DNA of 64,000 nt, taken from positions 480,001-544,000 of the forward strand of contig CAVRJY010000001.1 of assembly GCA_963721805.1 (NCBI GenBank), given 5' to 3'. Position numbers and translations under genes: made by a program. The notes under the pieces were generated by a model. The model was not told where the DNA came from and did not search any database. It was given only the letters and a program-made list of their open reading frames with translations. This DNA is from Nitrospirota bacterium. Lineage in GTDB: Bacteria > Nitrospirota > Thermodesulfovibrionia > Thermodesulfovibrionales > JdFR-86. Shown here piece after piece: positions 18,718 to 31,831 of this stretch (positions within the stretch are counted from its first letter, which is position 1; each line of letters starts with the position of its first letter).

Positions 18718-19228
18718 AAAGCGCTCCAAATCGCTTGATACTTCGTTGGGCATCGAAGACTCGCCCTCTATGTACGTCACAGTACACCATCGGGCGGTCT
18801 TCTTGCCCTGCCTTGTCTGAAGACGATCTGGGCGCGCTTTCGGGGGGCGAGGATGACGGACGCCCCCCGCGCCTCGTGGTCAACGGCATGATTTGAGGGC
18901 CGGTCATACGCATATATACGCATACCGCGCGCGCGTTTTATTTTATGTGTTCGGATGTTTGAGGCAAATAAGCGGATAATCCTATGGAAAACATCGTTTT
19001 TCTGAGTCCGGCGCTGTTCGGATGTTCGGATAAAAAGCGTGAGATTTGCCGATCTATCCGAACACCCGGCGCAACCTCTTGCTTCCCCCGCCCCGCCCAT
19101 CAAAAATGCTCTTATCTTACTCATGCCACCACTATACACCAAAGACCACCAAACTTTGGTTTATATCCACCGAAAAAAATAAGGTCCGTGCGTTTTCTAT
19201 TAACTTTCGACTAACTACTGTTAATTAA
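18718..19228 (-). repeat. Nested-hairpin repeat copy 8 (core 18718-18840) with full long extension
   Basis: Core, tail GGTCAACGGCAT, then GTTCGGATGTTCGGAT repeats and terminal TGCGTTTTCTATTAACTT shared with 32751-32790. Confidence 0.92.
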
Positions 19229-19402
19229 GGGCTCTTTGCAACGGAAAAGATTGGCTTAAATGCGATAGCTGCTTATGCTAATGGCAGGGTGGACAAAGGC
19301 ATAACCCATACCGCAAGCTCAGAGCTCTCCCACATCAGAAATCGGGCTCCGCCCTATTTTCCCACAGAACCTTTCTTTTGTGGAATTATTTATAATTTGT
19401 GC

Positions 19403-19648
19403 ATGCCCAATGTGCTCAGAGTCGGGAAGTACAGGTTTTTCTTTTTCAGCAAGGAGGGCGGTGAACCGCCGCACATACATGTCGAATCAGGCGATGATTA
19501 CGCCAAGTTCTGGCTATCGCAACTTTCTCTTGCAAAATCCATAGGGTATAATAGTAAAGAACTCGGGGAAATACGGATTATCGTCGCGGACAACGTCGAG
19601 ATGATGAAGGAGAAATGGAATGAGCACCTCAACCGCAAAATCGGCTGA
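19403..19648 (+). CDS. DUF4160 family protein (putative toxin-antitoxin component)
   Basis: MP.V....YRFFFFS.E..EPPHIHV.....AKFWL signature. Confidence 0.85.
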   Translation: MPNVLRVGKYRFFFFSKEGGEPPHIHVESGDDYAKFWLSQLSLAKSIGYNSKELGEIRIIVADNVEMMKEKWNEHLNRKIG

Positions 19649-19859
19649 ACCCATGGCCAGCGCGGTCTGGTTCGACGCGGACAAGCTCCATGTGCGCCTG
19701 CTCGACGGCAGGGAGATAGGCGTCCCGCTTGAGTGGTTCCCAAGGCTCCGCGACGCGTCCGAGGCCCAGCGCGCCAATTGGAGGCTAATCGGCAGGGGCA
19801 TCGGCATACATTGGGACGAGATCGACGAGGACGTTTCGGTGGAGAGCATCCTGTCCTGA
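19620..19859 (+). CDS. DUF2442 family protein (partner of DUF4160)
   Basis: LLDGREIGVPLEWFPRL, GIHWDEIDEDVS. Confidence 0.85.
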   Translation: MSTSTAKSAEPMASAVWFDADKLHVRLLDGREIGVPLEWFPRLRDASEAQRANWRLIGRGIGIHWDEIDEDVSVESILS

Positions 19860-19920
19860 GTTGACCGCCCTCGGCGTGGGCATAATGCGGAGAACAAGGC
19901 GGCCCTATTTCCTGTATTAA

Positions 19921-20616
19921 ATGTGGTTGGTGAGAGGTAAAATCGGAAAGATGGTCACTGACGAATTTCACTTCGATTTGAACGCAAAGCGCACTCGCCT
20001 TAGCGACGACGATCTTATGATCGCATTGCAGTCTGCTGCTGAGACGCTTGGTGAGGGTTACTTTACGTCCATACAATACAATGCACTCCCCGGAAAACGG
20101 CCTCATTCTGACACAATAAGCGATCGCTTCGGTTCATGGAAAAAGGCACTGACACTCATTGGAATCGCTGGAGGTCGAGAAAGAAAGTATTCGCCCGAAA
20201 CGCTCATTGACAATATAGAAAACATTTGGAGGAAGTTGGGTTATCCGCCTGGCAAGAGGCAACTCTCAACCTGTGGGGAGAGAATTTCCGAGTCTCCATA
20301 CAAGAATCACTGGGGTAGCGTGCGTGCCGCATGCGAAGCACTTGAAGAGTTTCACTCTGGAAGAATCTCAAGAGAGCAACTGCTCAAAGGTAAGCCTAAT
20401 GAACCAACCCGTACAACAATCCCGTTGAAAGATAGATGGGCTGTATTGAAGCGCGACAACTATAGTTGTGCAAAGTGCGGTGCAAGCCCATCCAATGATC
20501 ACAACGTTGAACTAGAGGTTGACCACAAATTCCCCGTCGCAAGAGGTGGAGAAAATAGCCTTACTAATCTTCAAACACTCTGTCGAAAATGTAACCAAGG
20601 GAAGAAAGACAGATAA
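19921..20616 (+). CDS. HNH endonuclease with two N-terminal homing-endonuclease-associated repeats
   Basis: RFGSWKKAL / HWGSVRAA repeats; VLKRDNYSCAKCG, EVDHKFP..GG..SLTNLQTLCRKCN; lower GC than flanks. Confidence 0.85.
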   Translation: MWLVRGKIGKMVTDEFHFDLNAKRTRLSDDDLMIALQSAAETLGEGYFTSIQYNALPGKRPHSDTISDRFGSWKKALTLIGIAGGRERKYSPETLIDNIENIWRKLGYPPGKRQLSTCGERISESPYKNHWGSVRAACEALEEFHSGRISREQLLKGKPNEPTRTTIPLKDRWAVLKRDNYSCAKCGASPSNDHNVELEVDHKFPVARGGENSLTNLQTLCRKCNQGKKDR

Positions 20617-20695
20617 TTCCGGCCAACAAAAGACTGTTCAGCAGTCCACTCGAGTAGAAAATAGGAACGGCTCTATCCAATCAAACCCCTTCAAC

Positions 20696-20853
20696 GGGGG
20701 CGCGGGGGGCTCCGTTATCCTCTCCCCCCGAAAGCGCGCCCAAATCGTCTTCAGACAAGGCAGGGCGAGAAGACCGCCCGATGGTGTACTGAGACGTACA
20801 TAGAGGGCGCGTCTTCGCAGCCCAACGCAGTATCAAGCGATTTGGAGCGCTTT
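20696..20853 (+). repeat. Nested-hairpin repeat copy 9
   Basis: G-rich/C-rich arm and core 20731-20853. Confidence 0.95.
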
Positions 20854-20865
20854 GAAGAAGGCAAC

Positions 20866-20899
20866 AAAAAAAGGGCCGGGAGAAAATCCCGGCCCTTTG
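20866..20899 (-). terminator. Intrinsic terminator of trpB2
   Basis: AAAAAAGGGCCGGGA-loop-TCCCGGCCCTTT. Confidence 0.8.
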
Positions 20900-20914
20900 T
20901 AGGCTGAGCTATAT

Positions 20915-22268
20915 CTATATCTTGGGCAGCTTGGCCAGCGACTCCTTGATCTTCTCTTCCGGATACTCATAGTCCACCAGCTTCCCCGCCATATAATCGG
21001 CATAGGCCATGAGGTCGAGATACCCATGTCCGCTCAGGTTGAACAGTATCGTCTTTTGCTTGCCCTCTTCCTTGGCAGCCAAGGCCTCGTCTATCGCGGC
21101 GCGGATCGCGTGCGAGCTCTCCGGGGCGGGTATGATCCCCTCGGTGTTCGCGAACTGAAGCGCGGCCTCGAAGACCGCGTTCTGGCCGTACGCCCTCGCC
21201 TCGATCAGGCCGTCTTTGTGGAGCTGGCAGACGAGCGGCGAGTCCGCGTGGTATCTGAGCCCTCCGGCGTGGATGCCGGGGGGCATGAAGTCGTGGCCCA
21301 GCGTGTACATCATCATCAGCGGCGTCATGCCGATCGAGTCGCCGAAGTCATACCGGAACTCGCCCTTGGTGAGCGTGGGGCAGCTTACGGGCTCGACCGC
21401 GATCACGCGCAGCTTCTTGCCGTTGATCTTGTCTTGCAGAAACGGGAAGCCGATGCCGCCGAGGTTGCTCCCGCCGCCGCAGCAGCCGATCACGATGTCC
21501 GGGTAGTCGCCCACGAGCGCGAGCTGCTTCTTCGCCTCCTGCCCGATAATGGTCTGGTGCAGCACCACGTGGTTGAGCACCGAGCCGAGGGCATAGTTCG
21601 TATCCGGCCTGCTCGCGGCGTCCTCGACGGCCTCCGAGATCGCGATGCCCAGGCTGCCCTGGCTGTTTGGGTCCTCGGCCAGTATCTTGCGCCCTGCGTT
21701 CGTGGTGTCCGACGGGCTCGGGATGACCTTCGCGCCCCAGGTCTCCATCGCTATGCGGCGGTAAGGCTTCTGGTTATAGCTGACCTTGACCATATAGACC
21801 ATGATCTCGATGCCGAACATCTTGCCCGGCCAGCGCGAGCGCCGAGCCCCACTGCCCCGCGCCGGTCTCGGTCGCGATGCGCTTGATCCCGGCCTGCTTG
21901 TTGTAGTAGGCCTGCGGGACCGAGGTGTTGGGCTTGTGGCTCCCGGCCGGGCTCACGCCCTCGTATTTGTAGTAAATCTTGGCCGGGGTGCCGAGCGCGG
22001 CCTCGAGCCTGTGCGCGCGGTACATCGGCGAGGGCCGCCAGAGGGTGTAGATGTCGAGGACCTCCTCGGGGATGTCGATCCAGCGCTGCGTGCTGACCTC
22101 CTGCTCGATCAGGGACATCGGGAAGATCGCGCTTAAGTCCTCCGGGCCTATCGGCTTGTGAGTGCCGGGGTGCAGCGGCGGCTGGACCGGGTTTGGCATG
22201 TCGGCCGCGATGTTATACCACTGGCGCGGCATCTCGGACTGCGGAAGGTTGATGATCGTCTGTCTCAT
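20915..22268 (-). CDS. trpB2: TrpB-like PLP enzyme (TrpB2); apparent frameshift near 21826
   Basis: [29 protein letters not shown] across ORFs 21774-22268 and 20915-21820. Confidence 0.9.
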
Positions 22269-22373
22269 CGAGCTGCGTCCCCCTTGAGGTTTGGATGTTT
22301 CGATTATATCACGGCATATGCGAGGGGGCCCCCTGTTAAATCCCGTGCCTGTTTTCCCTTATAATAAGACCCG

Positions 22374-24764
<2,391 letters not shown>

Positions 24765-24766
24765 CG

Positions 24767-25599
24767 ATGACGCGCAAGGTGAGCATAGGCGGTGTCGAAA
24801 TCGGGGCCCGTGGCCCCTTGCTGGTCATCGCCGGGCCCTGCGTGATCGAAGACAAAGAGACGATGATGCAGACCGCAGCCGAGATGCGCGACATTTGCGC
24901 CTCACTTGGACTGCCGTTCGTGTTTAAGAGTTCATACGACAAGGCCAACCGAAGCTCGGTCATCGTCCCCCCGCGGCCCCGGCATCGAGGCCGGGCTCGC
25001 GATGCTCAAAGAGATAAAAGACGCGCTCGGCGTGCCGGTCTTAAGCGACGTGCACACCCCCGAGGAGGCCACTGCGCGCGGCCAAGGTGCTCGACGCGCT
25101 GCAGATCCCGGCGTTCCTGTGCCGCCAGACTGACCTGATAGTCGCGGCCGCAAAGACAGGCAAGCCGGTCAATATCAAGAAGGGCCAGTTCCTTGCGCCC
25201 TGGGACGTCCAGAACATCATCGAGAAGGCCCGCTCTACCGGCAACGAAAATATCATGCTCACCGAGCGCGGGACTACGTTTGGGTACGGGAACCTCGTCG
25301 TGGACTTCAAGGGCGTGGCCCTGATGCGCACGTACGGGTATCCGGTGATATTCGACCTCACGCACAGCTTGCAGCTTCCGGGTGCTCAGGGCACGTTTAC
25401 CGGAGGCGAGCGGCAGTACGCCGCGCCGCTGATGCGCGCGGCATGCGGCGCGGGGATAGACGGGCTGTTTATAGAGGTCCACCCGGAGCCCGAGCGCGCG
25501 CTGTCGGACAAGACGACGGTGCTCCCGCTCTCTGACGTGCGCGCGATGCTCGAGGTCGCGCGCGACATACACGCGATAGTGAGGCGGGGCGGATTATGA
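24767..25599 (+). CDS. kdsA: KDO8P synthase; apparent frameshifts near 24966 and 25078
   Basis: [39 protein letters not shown]. Confidence 0.92.
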
Positions 25600-25623
25600 A
25601 AAGAAAAGAGCGATGAGCGGATC

Positions 25624-26604
25624 ATGAAGAAAAAAGAGATCGACGCGGCCGCCGAGGCCCGAAACGTGATACTGACCGAGGCCGACGCGCTGCGCGATAT
25701 GGCCGGGAGGATTACCCAGGACTTCTCACGCGCGGTCGATATGATCGCGGCCTCAAAGGGGCGCCTGATCGTGACCGGCATGGGCAAGTCCGGGCTGGTC
25801 GGGCAGAAGGTCGCGGCCACGCTGGCCTCGACCGGCACGCCCTCGTTCTTCCTGCACCCGGCCGAGGCCTCGCACGGGGACCTCGGGATGGTCACGCGCG
25901 AGGACATCGTGCTCGCGATATCCAACAGCGGCTCGACCGAGGAGATCGTAAACATCCTGCCCACGCTCAAACGCTTCGGCGTCGGGCTGATCTCGATGAC
26001 CGGAAACGCGGAGAGCGTGCTCGGGCGCGCGTCGGACGTGCACCTCGACGTCGCGGTCTCTAAGGAGGCCTGCCCGCTCGGGATCGTGCCTACGGCATCG
26101 ACTACCGCAGCGCTCGCGATGGGCGACGCGCTGGCCGTGGCGCTGCTTTTAAAGAGCGGGTTTAGCGAGGAGGACTTCGCGGCGTTTCACCCTAGAGGCG
26201 CGCTCGGCAAGAAACTGCTCATCCGGGTCTCTGACCTGATGCACGCCAAGGACGCGATGCCGCGCGTCTCGCCCACGATGCCGATGCGCCACGCCCTGAT
26301 CGAGATATCGACGAAGCGGCTCGGCCTGACGACCGTGGTCGACCAAAGCGGCGCGCTGCTTGGCGTCATCACGGACGGCGACCTCCGCCGCGCGATAGAG
26401 ACCCACGGGGGCAAGCTGTTTGACCTCACGGCGCAGGACATCATGGGCAAAAGCCCGAGGACGATCAGCGAGGACGAACTCGCCGCGGCCGCGCTTGCGC
26501 GCATGGAGGCCCACGCCATCACCGCGCTCGTAGCGCTTAACGAAAGCGGCTACCCCGTAGGCGTCATCCACATCCACGACATCCTCAAGGAGGGCATCGC
26601 GTGA
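25624..26604 (+). CDS. kdsD: Arabinose-5-phosphate isomerase (KpsF/GutQ)
   Basis: GMGKSG, LHPAEASHGDLG, CBS pair. Confidence 0.93.
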   Translation: MKKKEIDAAAEARNVILTEADALRDMAGRITQDFSRAVDMIAASKGRLIVTGMGKSGLVGQKVAATLASTGTPSFFLHPAEASHGDLGMVTREDIVLAISNSGSTEEIVNILPTLKRFGVGLISMTGNAESVLGRASDVHLDVAVSKEACPLGIVPTASTTAALAMGDALAVALLLKSGFSEEDFAAFHPRGALGKKLLIRVSDLMHAKDAMPRVSPTMPMRHALIEISTKRLGLTTVVDQSGALLGVITDGDLRRAIETHGGKLFDLTAQDIMGKSPRTISEDELAAAALARMEAHAITALVALNESGYPVGVIHIHDILKEGIA

Positions 26605-27137
26605 GCCATACCGCGGCCGTGCTCGAGGCCGCCGCGAAGGTGCGCATGCTCATCCTCGACGTCGACGGCGTGCTCACGGACGGCGGGATCATACTCGACG
26701 ACTTCGGCAACGAGATAAAGAAATTCCATGTCCGCGACGGCCACGGCATAAAGCTCGTCCAGCGCGCCGGCATCACCGTGGCGCTCATCACCGGGCGCAA
26801 CTCGCGCGTCGTCGCGCACCGCGCGCGCGAGCTCGGCATTAAAGAGGTCCACCAGCGCGTGTTTAAGAAGGCCGAGGTCTACGAGGCGATGCGCGACCGC
26901 TACTCGCTTAGCGACGAGGAGGTCGCGTTCATAGGCGACGACGTCGTGGACATACCGATACTCGTGCGCGTGGGGCTGCCGGTCTGCGTGGCCGACGCGG
27001 TCGTCGAGGCCAAGGAGCACGCGATGTTCGTCACCGATGCGCCCGGCGGCGGAGGGGCGGTGCGCGAGGTCACGGACCTGATCCTCAAGGCCAGGGGGCT
27101 CTGGCAGGGCATCATCGATGGCTATAGCAAGGCTTAA
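26601..27137 (+). CDS. kdsC: KDO8P phosphatase
   Basis: LDVDGVLTDG, IGDDVVD, GGGAVRE. Confidence 0.93.
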   Translation: MSHTAAVLEAAAKVRMLILDVDGVLTDGGIILDDFGNEIKKFHVRDGHGIKLVQRAGITVALITGRNSRVVAHRARELGIKEVHQRVFKKAEVYEAMRDRYSLSDEEVAFIGDDVVDIPILVRVGLPVCVADAVVEAKEHAMFVTDAPGGGGAVREVTDLILKARGLWQGIIDGYSKA

Positions 27138-27665
27138 CCTCCCGACCGTCCTGAGCCTCAGCCGCATCGTCATCATACCGCTTTTCATCTACGTCACGCC
27201 CGACTATAACGTGCTCGGCGCGGCGATATTCGCCCTGGCCTCGGTCACGGACTTCCTCGACGGATACCTCGCGCGCAGAAAGGGGCAGATCACGACCTTC
27301 GGGATCATCATCGACCCTATCGCGGACAAGTTCCTGGTGATCTCGGCCCTGTTCCTGCTCGTGGACATGGGGAGGCTCTCGGTGCTCCCGGCGGTCATCA
27401 TAACCGTCAGGGAGTTTCTGATCACCGCGCTTCGGGGCGTGGCGCTCGCGAAGGACATAGTGATAAAGGCCGAGATGGGCGGCAAGCTCAAGGTCGGCGC
27501 GCAGATCACGGCCGTGATATGCCTGATACTCGGCTGGGACGTTATCGGGATCGATTTCTTCGACCTCGGCATAGCCGCGATATGGGTATCGGTCGTGCTC
27601 GGGGTCATCTCCGGGGTGCAGTATATCGTCGCGTTCTGGCGCAGGCTCGCCGCAGAGAACAGGGC
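27118..27665 (+). CDS. pgsA: CDP-diacylglycerol--glycerol-3-phosphate phosphatidyltransferase; 3' end uncertain (no stop at the expected position)
   Basis: NLPTVLSLSR, TDFLDGYLAR, DPIADK. Confidence 0.88.
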
Positions 27666-27709
27666 AGGGCGACGTTCGGTGATCGGCGTCAAGGAGGCGT
27701 TGCTGTGCC

Positions 27710-28276
27710 GTGATGGCCTATCTGGTCGGGGGGATCCCGTTCGGCCTGATATTTTCGCGCATGAAGGGCGTGGACCTGCGTGCGGTCGGCAGCGGCAACA
27801 TCGGCGCGACCAACGCGCTTCGCGGCGCCGGAAAGACGGTGGCCGCCCTGACGCTGCTGGGCGATATCGCAAAGGGCACGGCGGCGGTGGCCTTAGGCCG
27901 CGCGTTTGGAGCGAGCGAGGCGCTTCAGGGAGCTCTCGGGGTGCTCGCGGTGCTCGGCCACGACTTCCCGGCGTTTTTGGGCTTCCGGGGGGGCAAGGGC
28001 GTTGCGACCAGCCTCGGGGTCATATTGATTTACTTACCGGGGGCTGGTATCCTTACTATAGTTATCTGGCTTATTGTGGCATTGGTATTCAGGTATTCGT
28101 CACTCGGGGCGCTGGTCTCGTTCGCCGCCCTGCCGTTGGTCGCGTGGGGTCTTGGGTATGGGGGCATCAAGATCGCTGTGGCGTGCGTCCTGACCGCACT
28201 GCTTGTGGCGAGACACCATGAAAACATTCGGAGGCTTCTTGCCGGGACCGAAAGCAGGATCGGCAGCAAAGTCTAG
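27710..28276 (+). CDS. plsY: Glycerol-3-phosphate acyltransferase PlsY
   Basis: YLVGGIPFG, GSGNIGATN, FRGGKGVAT, RHHENIRRL. Confidence 0.93.
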   Translation: MMAYLVGGIPFGLIFSRMKGVDLRAVGSGNIGATNALRGAGKTVAALTLLGDIAKGTAAVALGRAFGASEALQGALGVLAVLGHDFPAFLGFRGGKGVATSLGVILIYLPGAGILTIVIWLIVALVFRYSSLGALVSFAALPLVAWGLGYGGIKIAVACVLTALLVARHHENIRRLLAGTESRIGSKV

Positions 28277-29944
28277 CCTCATCCTTCTGGCCGGTGCGCT
28301 ATGCGCCGCGCTGATACTTGCCGTCTCATTCTCCTGGGCGCAGCCGGCCCCGGGCTACCTCGACAAGCTCCTGGACCGCGGCCTCTCGACGGACAGCTAC
28401 GAAAGCCGCGTGCTGATGCAGCAGGCCTCCGAGGCCCACGGCGGGGACGCGGCGCGGCTGCTCGCCGATGCGGCAGCGATAAGCCCGGACCTCCCGGCCG
28501 TGCATTTGCGGCTCGCGCTGGCGGCCCTGCCTGACGCGTTTGAGTCGCTAAGCGAGCTGATCGCGGCCGGCGAGGCCTACAAGCACAGCTTCTGGTGGTC
28601 GATGAGCCTGCGCGCAAGCGCGCTGCAAGCCCTCGTGGCCGCCGTCATGCTCGGCCTCGCGGGGCTGATCGCGATCAGGCTTACGGTCGACCTGCCGCTT
28701 TTGATGCACGATATCAACGAAAAACGCGTGCGCCTCATCCTGCCTGCCCTGATGCTCCCGTTTTCGCCCCTGGGGCCGGCCCTCGTGCTGCTCGCTGCGC
28801 TTATGACCGTCTGCCTGTATGCGCGCAAGGGCGTGGCGGTGTTCTATCTGGCGGCGGTCTTCGCGGTAGCGCTGCCCGCGCTCCAGGGCCCGCTCGATGA
28901 CGCGTACACCGCCAGCATGCCCCGGATGGCCGCGATAGTCGGCGTCAACGAGGGCTCGACCAACCGCTACGCCATAGGCGTGCTTGCGGGGCACGACGAC
29001 TACATGTCGAGGTTCGCTTACGGCCTGGCGCTCAGGCGCGACGGCCGCATAGAGGACTCGGTCGCGGTATTCCGCAAGCTGCTTGCCGAGACGCCCGATG
29101 ACGGCCGGGCGCTGATAAACCTCGGCAACGCGCAATTCGCCGCCGGCCGCTTCGCCGAGGCGCGCGACTCATACCAGAAGGCGTACGATAGCTCAAAGAC
29201 CGTCGTCTCGGCCTATAACCTGGCCATGGCCTCGCGCGCGCTTTTCGATTACGCCTCGGGCGACAAGTTCTACGCCGAGGCCGCGGCGCTTGACGCCCAG
29301 GTGGTGTCGGCCTTCAACTCCATCGCATCCAAAAACCCGAACCGGACCGTCATGGACTCGGTCTTCACCCACGCCGAACTCGAGGACTACATCGCGCATA
29401 ACGCCACTAATGCGGCCTCGCTCTACCCGCTGGGCGGCAAGGCCGCGATGGCCGGGGCCGGGGTGCTGGCCGTGATATTCACGGTGCTCCTGTTTTCGGG
29501 CATCGGGCTTGCGGGCCGCTGCACGAACTGCGGCAAGGTGCTCTGCGAGCGCTGCGCGCCGACGAGGAACTATGCCGGCAAGTGCGCCTCGTGCCACAGG
29601 CTGCTTGCGGAGTTCGACGACACCAGCCCGAGGGCCAAGGTGGCGCGCATGCTCTCGTCCATGCGCATCAAGGACAAGATGCGCGACCGCCTGAAGGCGC
29701 TCTCGTTCGCCCCGCCGGGCATCGCCCAGATATTCGCCGGGAAGCTCTTGGAGGGTTTCCTCTACCTCACCGGGTTCCTGTTTCTGGTATTCGCGGCCAT
29801 ACTCGCGGCCGACCCCATCTTCACGGTCGGCCTCGCGGGGCTGACCCACCTCTGGCTCACGCCGCCCCTGGCGGCCGCGGCGGCCTGCTGTATCTGTTGT
29901 CATTCATGTCCGTAAACCGGAGGCTCGAAATCGGATGGCTCTAG
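28218..29944 (+). CDS. Membrane protein with TPR repeats and Zn-ribbon; apparent frameshift near 29880
   Basis: TPR ALINLGNAQF; CTNCG..CERC..CASC; C-terminal LLYLLSFMSVNRRLEIGWL in an adjacent frame. Confidence 0.7.
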
Positions 29945-30972
29945 AGGGATCGCTCAGGGAGTTCAGCCTCGCCGACATATTGCAGCTCCTGCACTTCCAG
30001 CGGAAGACCGGGGTGCTCACGATCGCGGGCAAGTCCGACAAGATCCGGCTGATGTTCAACGAGGGCCAGATAGTCGCGGCCGAGAGCCAGAAGCGCGACG
30101 TCGCGGGGCGCCTGGGCCGGGTGCTGGTATCGCGCGGGATCATAACCGAGGACTCGCTCGAGCAGGCCATCGAACGGCAGAAGGACTCGGGCATGCGCCT
30201 CGGAGAGATACTCATCGCCGACGGCCGCGCCACGCCCGAGGACATCAAGGGCGTGCTCTCGTTTCAGATCACCGAGGCAGTAAACCAGCTCTTCACCTGG
30301 AAGGAGGGCCGGTACGACTTCACCGCGCAGGCCGTGCCCGTGGACCAGGAGCTCTCGGTGAGCCTCGATACGCAGCACGTCCTGATGGAGGGCCTGCGCC
30401 TCCTTGACGAATGGACCCAGCTCGGGGACATGATAAACGTCGATACCGTATTCGTCCAGAGGGAGAACCCCGATGCCGAGGTCACGGACGAGGAGCAGCG
30501 CATACTCGCGTTCGTCGACGGCGCAAACGACGTCGGCACTATCGCGGACCTCACAGGCATAGACAGCTTCAACGTCTCGATGCTGCTGCTGGGGCTCATA
30601 CAGAAGGGCAGGGCCGCCAAGAAAGAGGCGATTACCGCGCAGTCGGTCGCGGCGGTGCGCATCTACATCCCGCCGCCCCCGGTGCCGCAGCTCACGCTCA
30701 TCCTCGCCCTGATGCTGGCGGTATCGCTGGCCATAAGCGTGGCGCTCGTCTGGGCCACCGGTGACGTGCGGGCGTTTAAGGCCGCAACGCAGATAGACCG
30801 CATTCGCACCTCTGTCGAAATGCAGCAGCGCATGAGCGGCTCGTACCCGGCGGCGATAGAAGGCACTGACCCGTGGGGGACGCCGTATGTATATCAAGCG
30901 ACCGCGCAGGGATTCACCATCTTCTCCGCAGGGCCGGATCGCACGCCCAACACGCCGGACGACATCCACTAA
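29935..30972 (+). CDS. DUF4388 (PATAN-like) domain protein with C-terminal GspG-like segment
   Basis: MALEGSLREFSLADILQLL; DPWGTPY..SAGPD..TPDD. Confidence 0.8.
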   Translation: MALEGSLREFSLADILQLLHFQRKTGVLTIAGKSDKIRLMFNEGQIVAAESQKRDVAGRLGRVLVSRGIITEDSLEQAIERQKDSGMRLGEILIADGRATPEDIKGVLSFQITEAVNQLFTWKEGRYDFTAQAVPVDQELSVSLDTQHVLMEGLRLLDEWTQLGDMINVDTVFVQRENPDAEVTDEEQRILAFVDGANDVGTIADLTGIDSFNVSMLLLGLIQKGRAAKKEAITAQSVAAVRIYIPPPPVPQLTLILALMLAVSLAISVALVWATGDVRAFKAATQIDRIRTSVEMQQRMSGSYPAAIEGTDPWGTPYVYQATAQGFTIFSAGPDRTPNTPDDIH

Positions 30973-30986
30973 ATCGTTTTCAATCC

Positions 30987-31160
30987 AAAGTCGCGTTAAA
31001 TACGCGTGATACGTTGTCAGGCCTTCAAAGACGCGCCCTCGGAGTACGTCTCAGTACACCGTCGGGCGGTCTTCTCGCCCTTCCTAGTCTGACGCGATTT
31101 ATCGCGCTTTAAGTGGCTGATGCGGGATCGTGCGAGCGGTCAACGGCATTGATTAGAGCG
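30987..31160 (-). repeat. Nested-hairpin repeat copy 10 (subtype B)
   Basis: Near-identical to copy 2; tail GGTCAACGGCATTGATTAGAGCG as in copy 3. Confidence 0.9.
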
Positions 31161-31246
31161 CCCCAGCATATTATTATTTGATGCCACGCAAAGCAACTAA
31201 GGTTTATTTTGACATCATAGGCCATTCAAGAGTATTATAAGAATCT

Positions 31247-31831
31247 ATGGAAACTGAGATAAAATTAAATCAAATAAATATTAAGGTTCCTGGCAACTGG
31301 AACAGAAGAATTTTTTCACCAGCTTGGATTAGCAAGAATTTTACTGTGCCCGAAGGTATTCGTGAGATAAATTTACTTTTTAATCCAGACGATATAGAGA
31401 TCGGCTATAAAATAATGGGAGTGCAAATTTTTCCTAAAGAAAACGAATTGGCCTTAGTTATTGGAAATTCAGACGAAATTAACAATGACAACATACTTTT
31501 ATGTTTTAAGCTTTTCATAAAGATTTTAGACATTCTTCCTCAAACCCCGATAAAAGCAATTGGATTCAATGTGGACTATTTGTTACCTGTTAATGCAAAG
31601 TCTAATTTAGGTGATTGGATAAAAAAGCAAAAACAAGATTATGAAAAGCTCGCAATGAATGGCTTGACATTAAAACAAGACACCGAGAAATATACATTAA
31701 ATTTAAAAATCGAAATCATCGCAGATACCTTTAAGGTAGATTTTAATTACCATTTCAAAAATTACGTTGACATTGATCAATCTCCAGATTTTTTCATAAA
31801 GCTTATCGAAGACACAAAGAGGTACTTATAA
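31247..31831 (+). CDS. Hypothetical protein, AT-rich cassette gene 1
   Basis: Intact ORF in AT-rich DNA; motifs GNWNRRIFSPAWI, TPIKAIGFN, DFNYH. Confidence 0.8.
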   Translation: METEIKLNQINIKVPGNWNRRIFSPAWISKNFTVPEGIREINLLFNPDDIEIGYKIMGVQIFPKENELALVIGNSDEINNDNILLCFKLFIKILDILPQTPIKAIGFNVDYLLPVNAKSNLGDWIKKQKQDYEKLAMNGLTLKQDTEKYTLNLKIEIIADTFKVDFNYHFKNYVDIDQSPDFFIKLIEDTKRYL

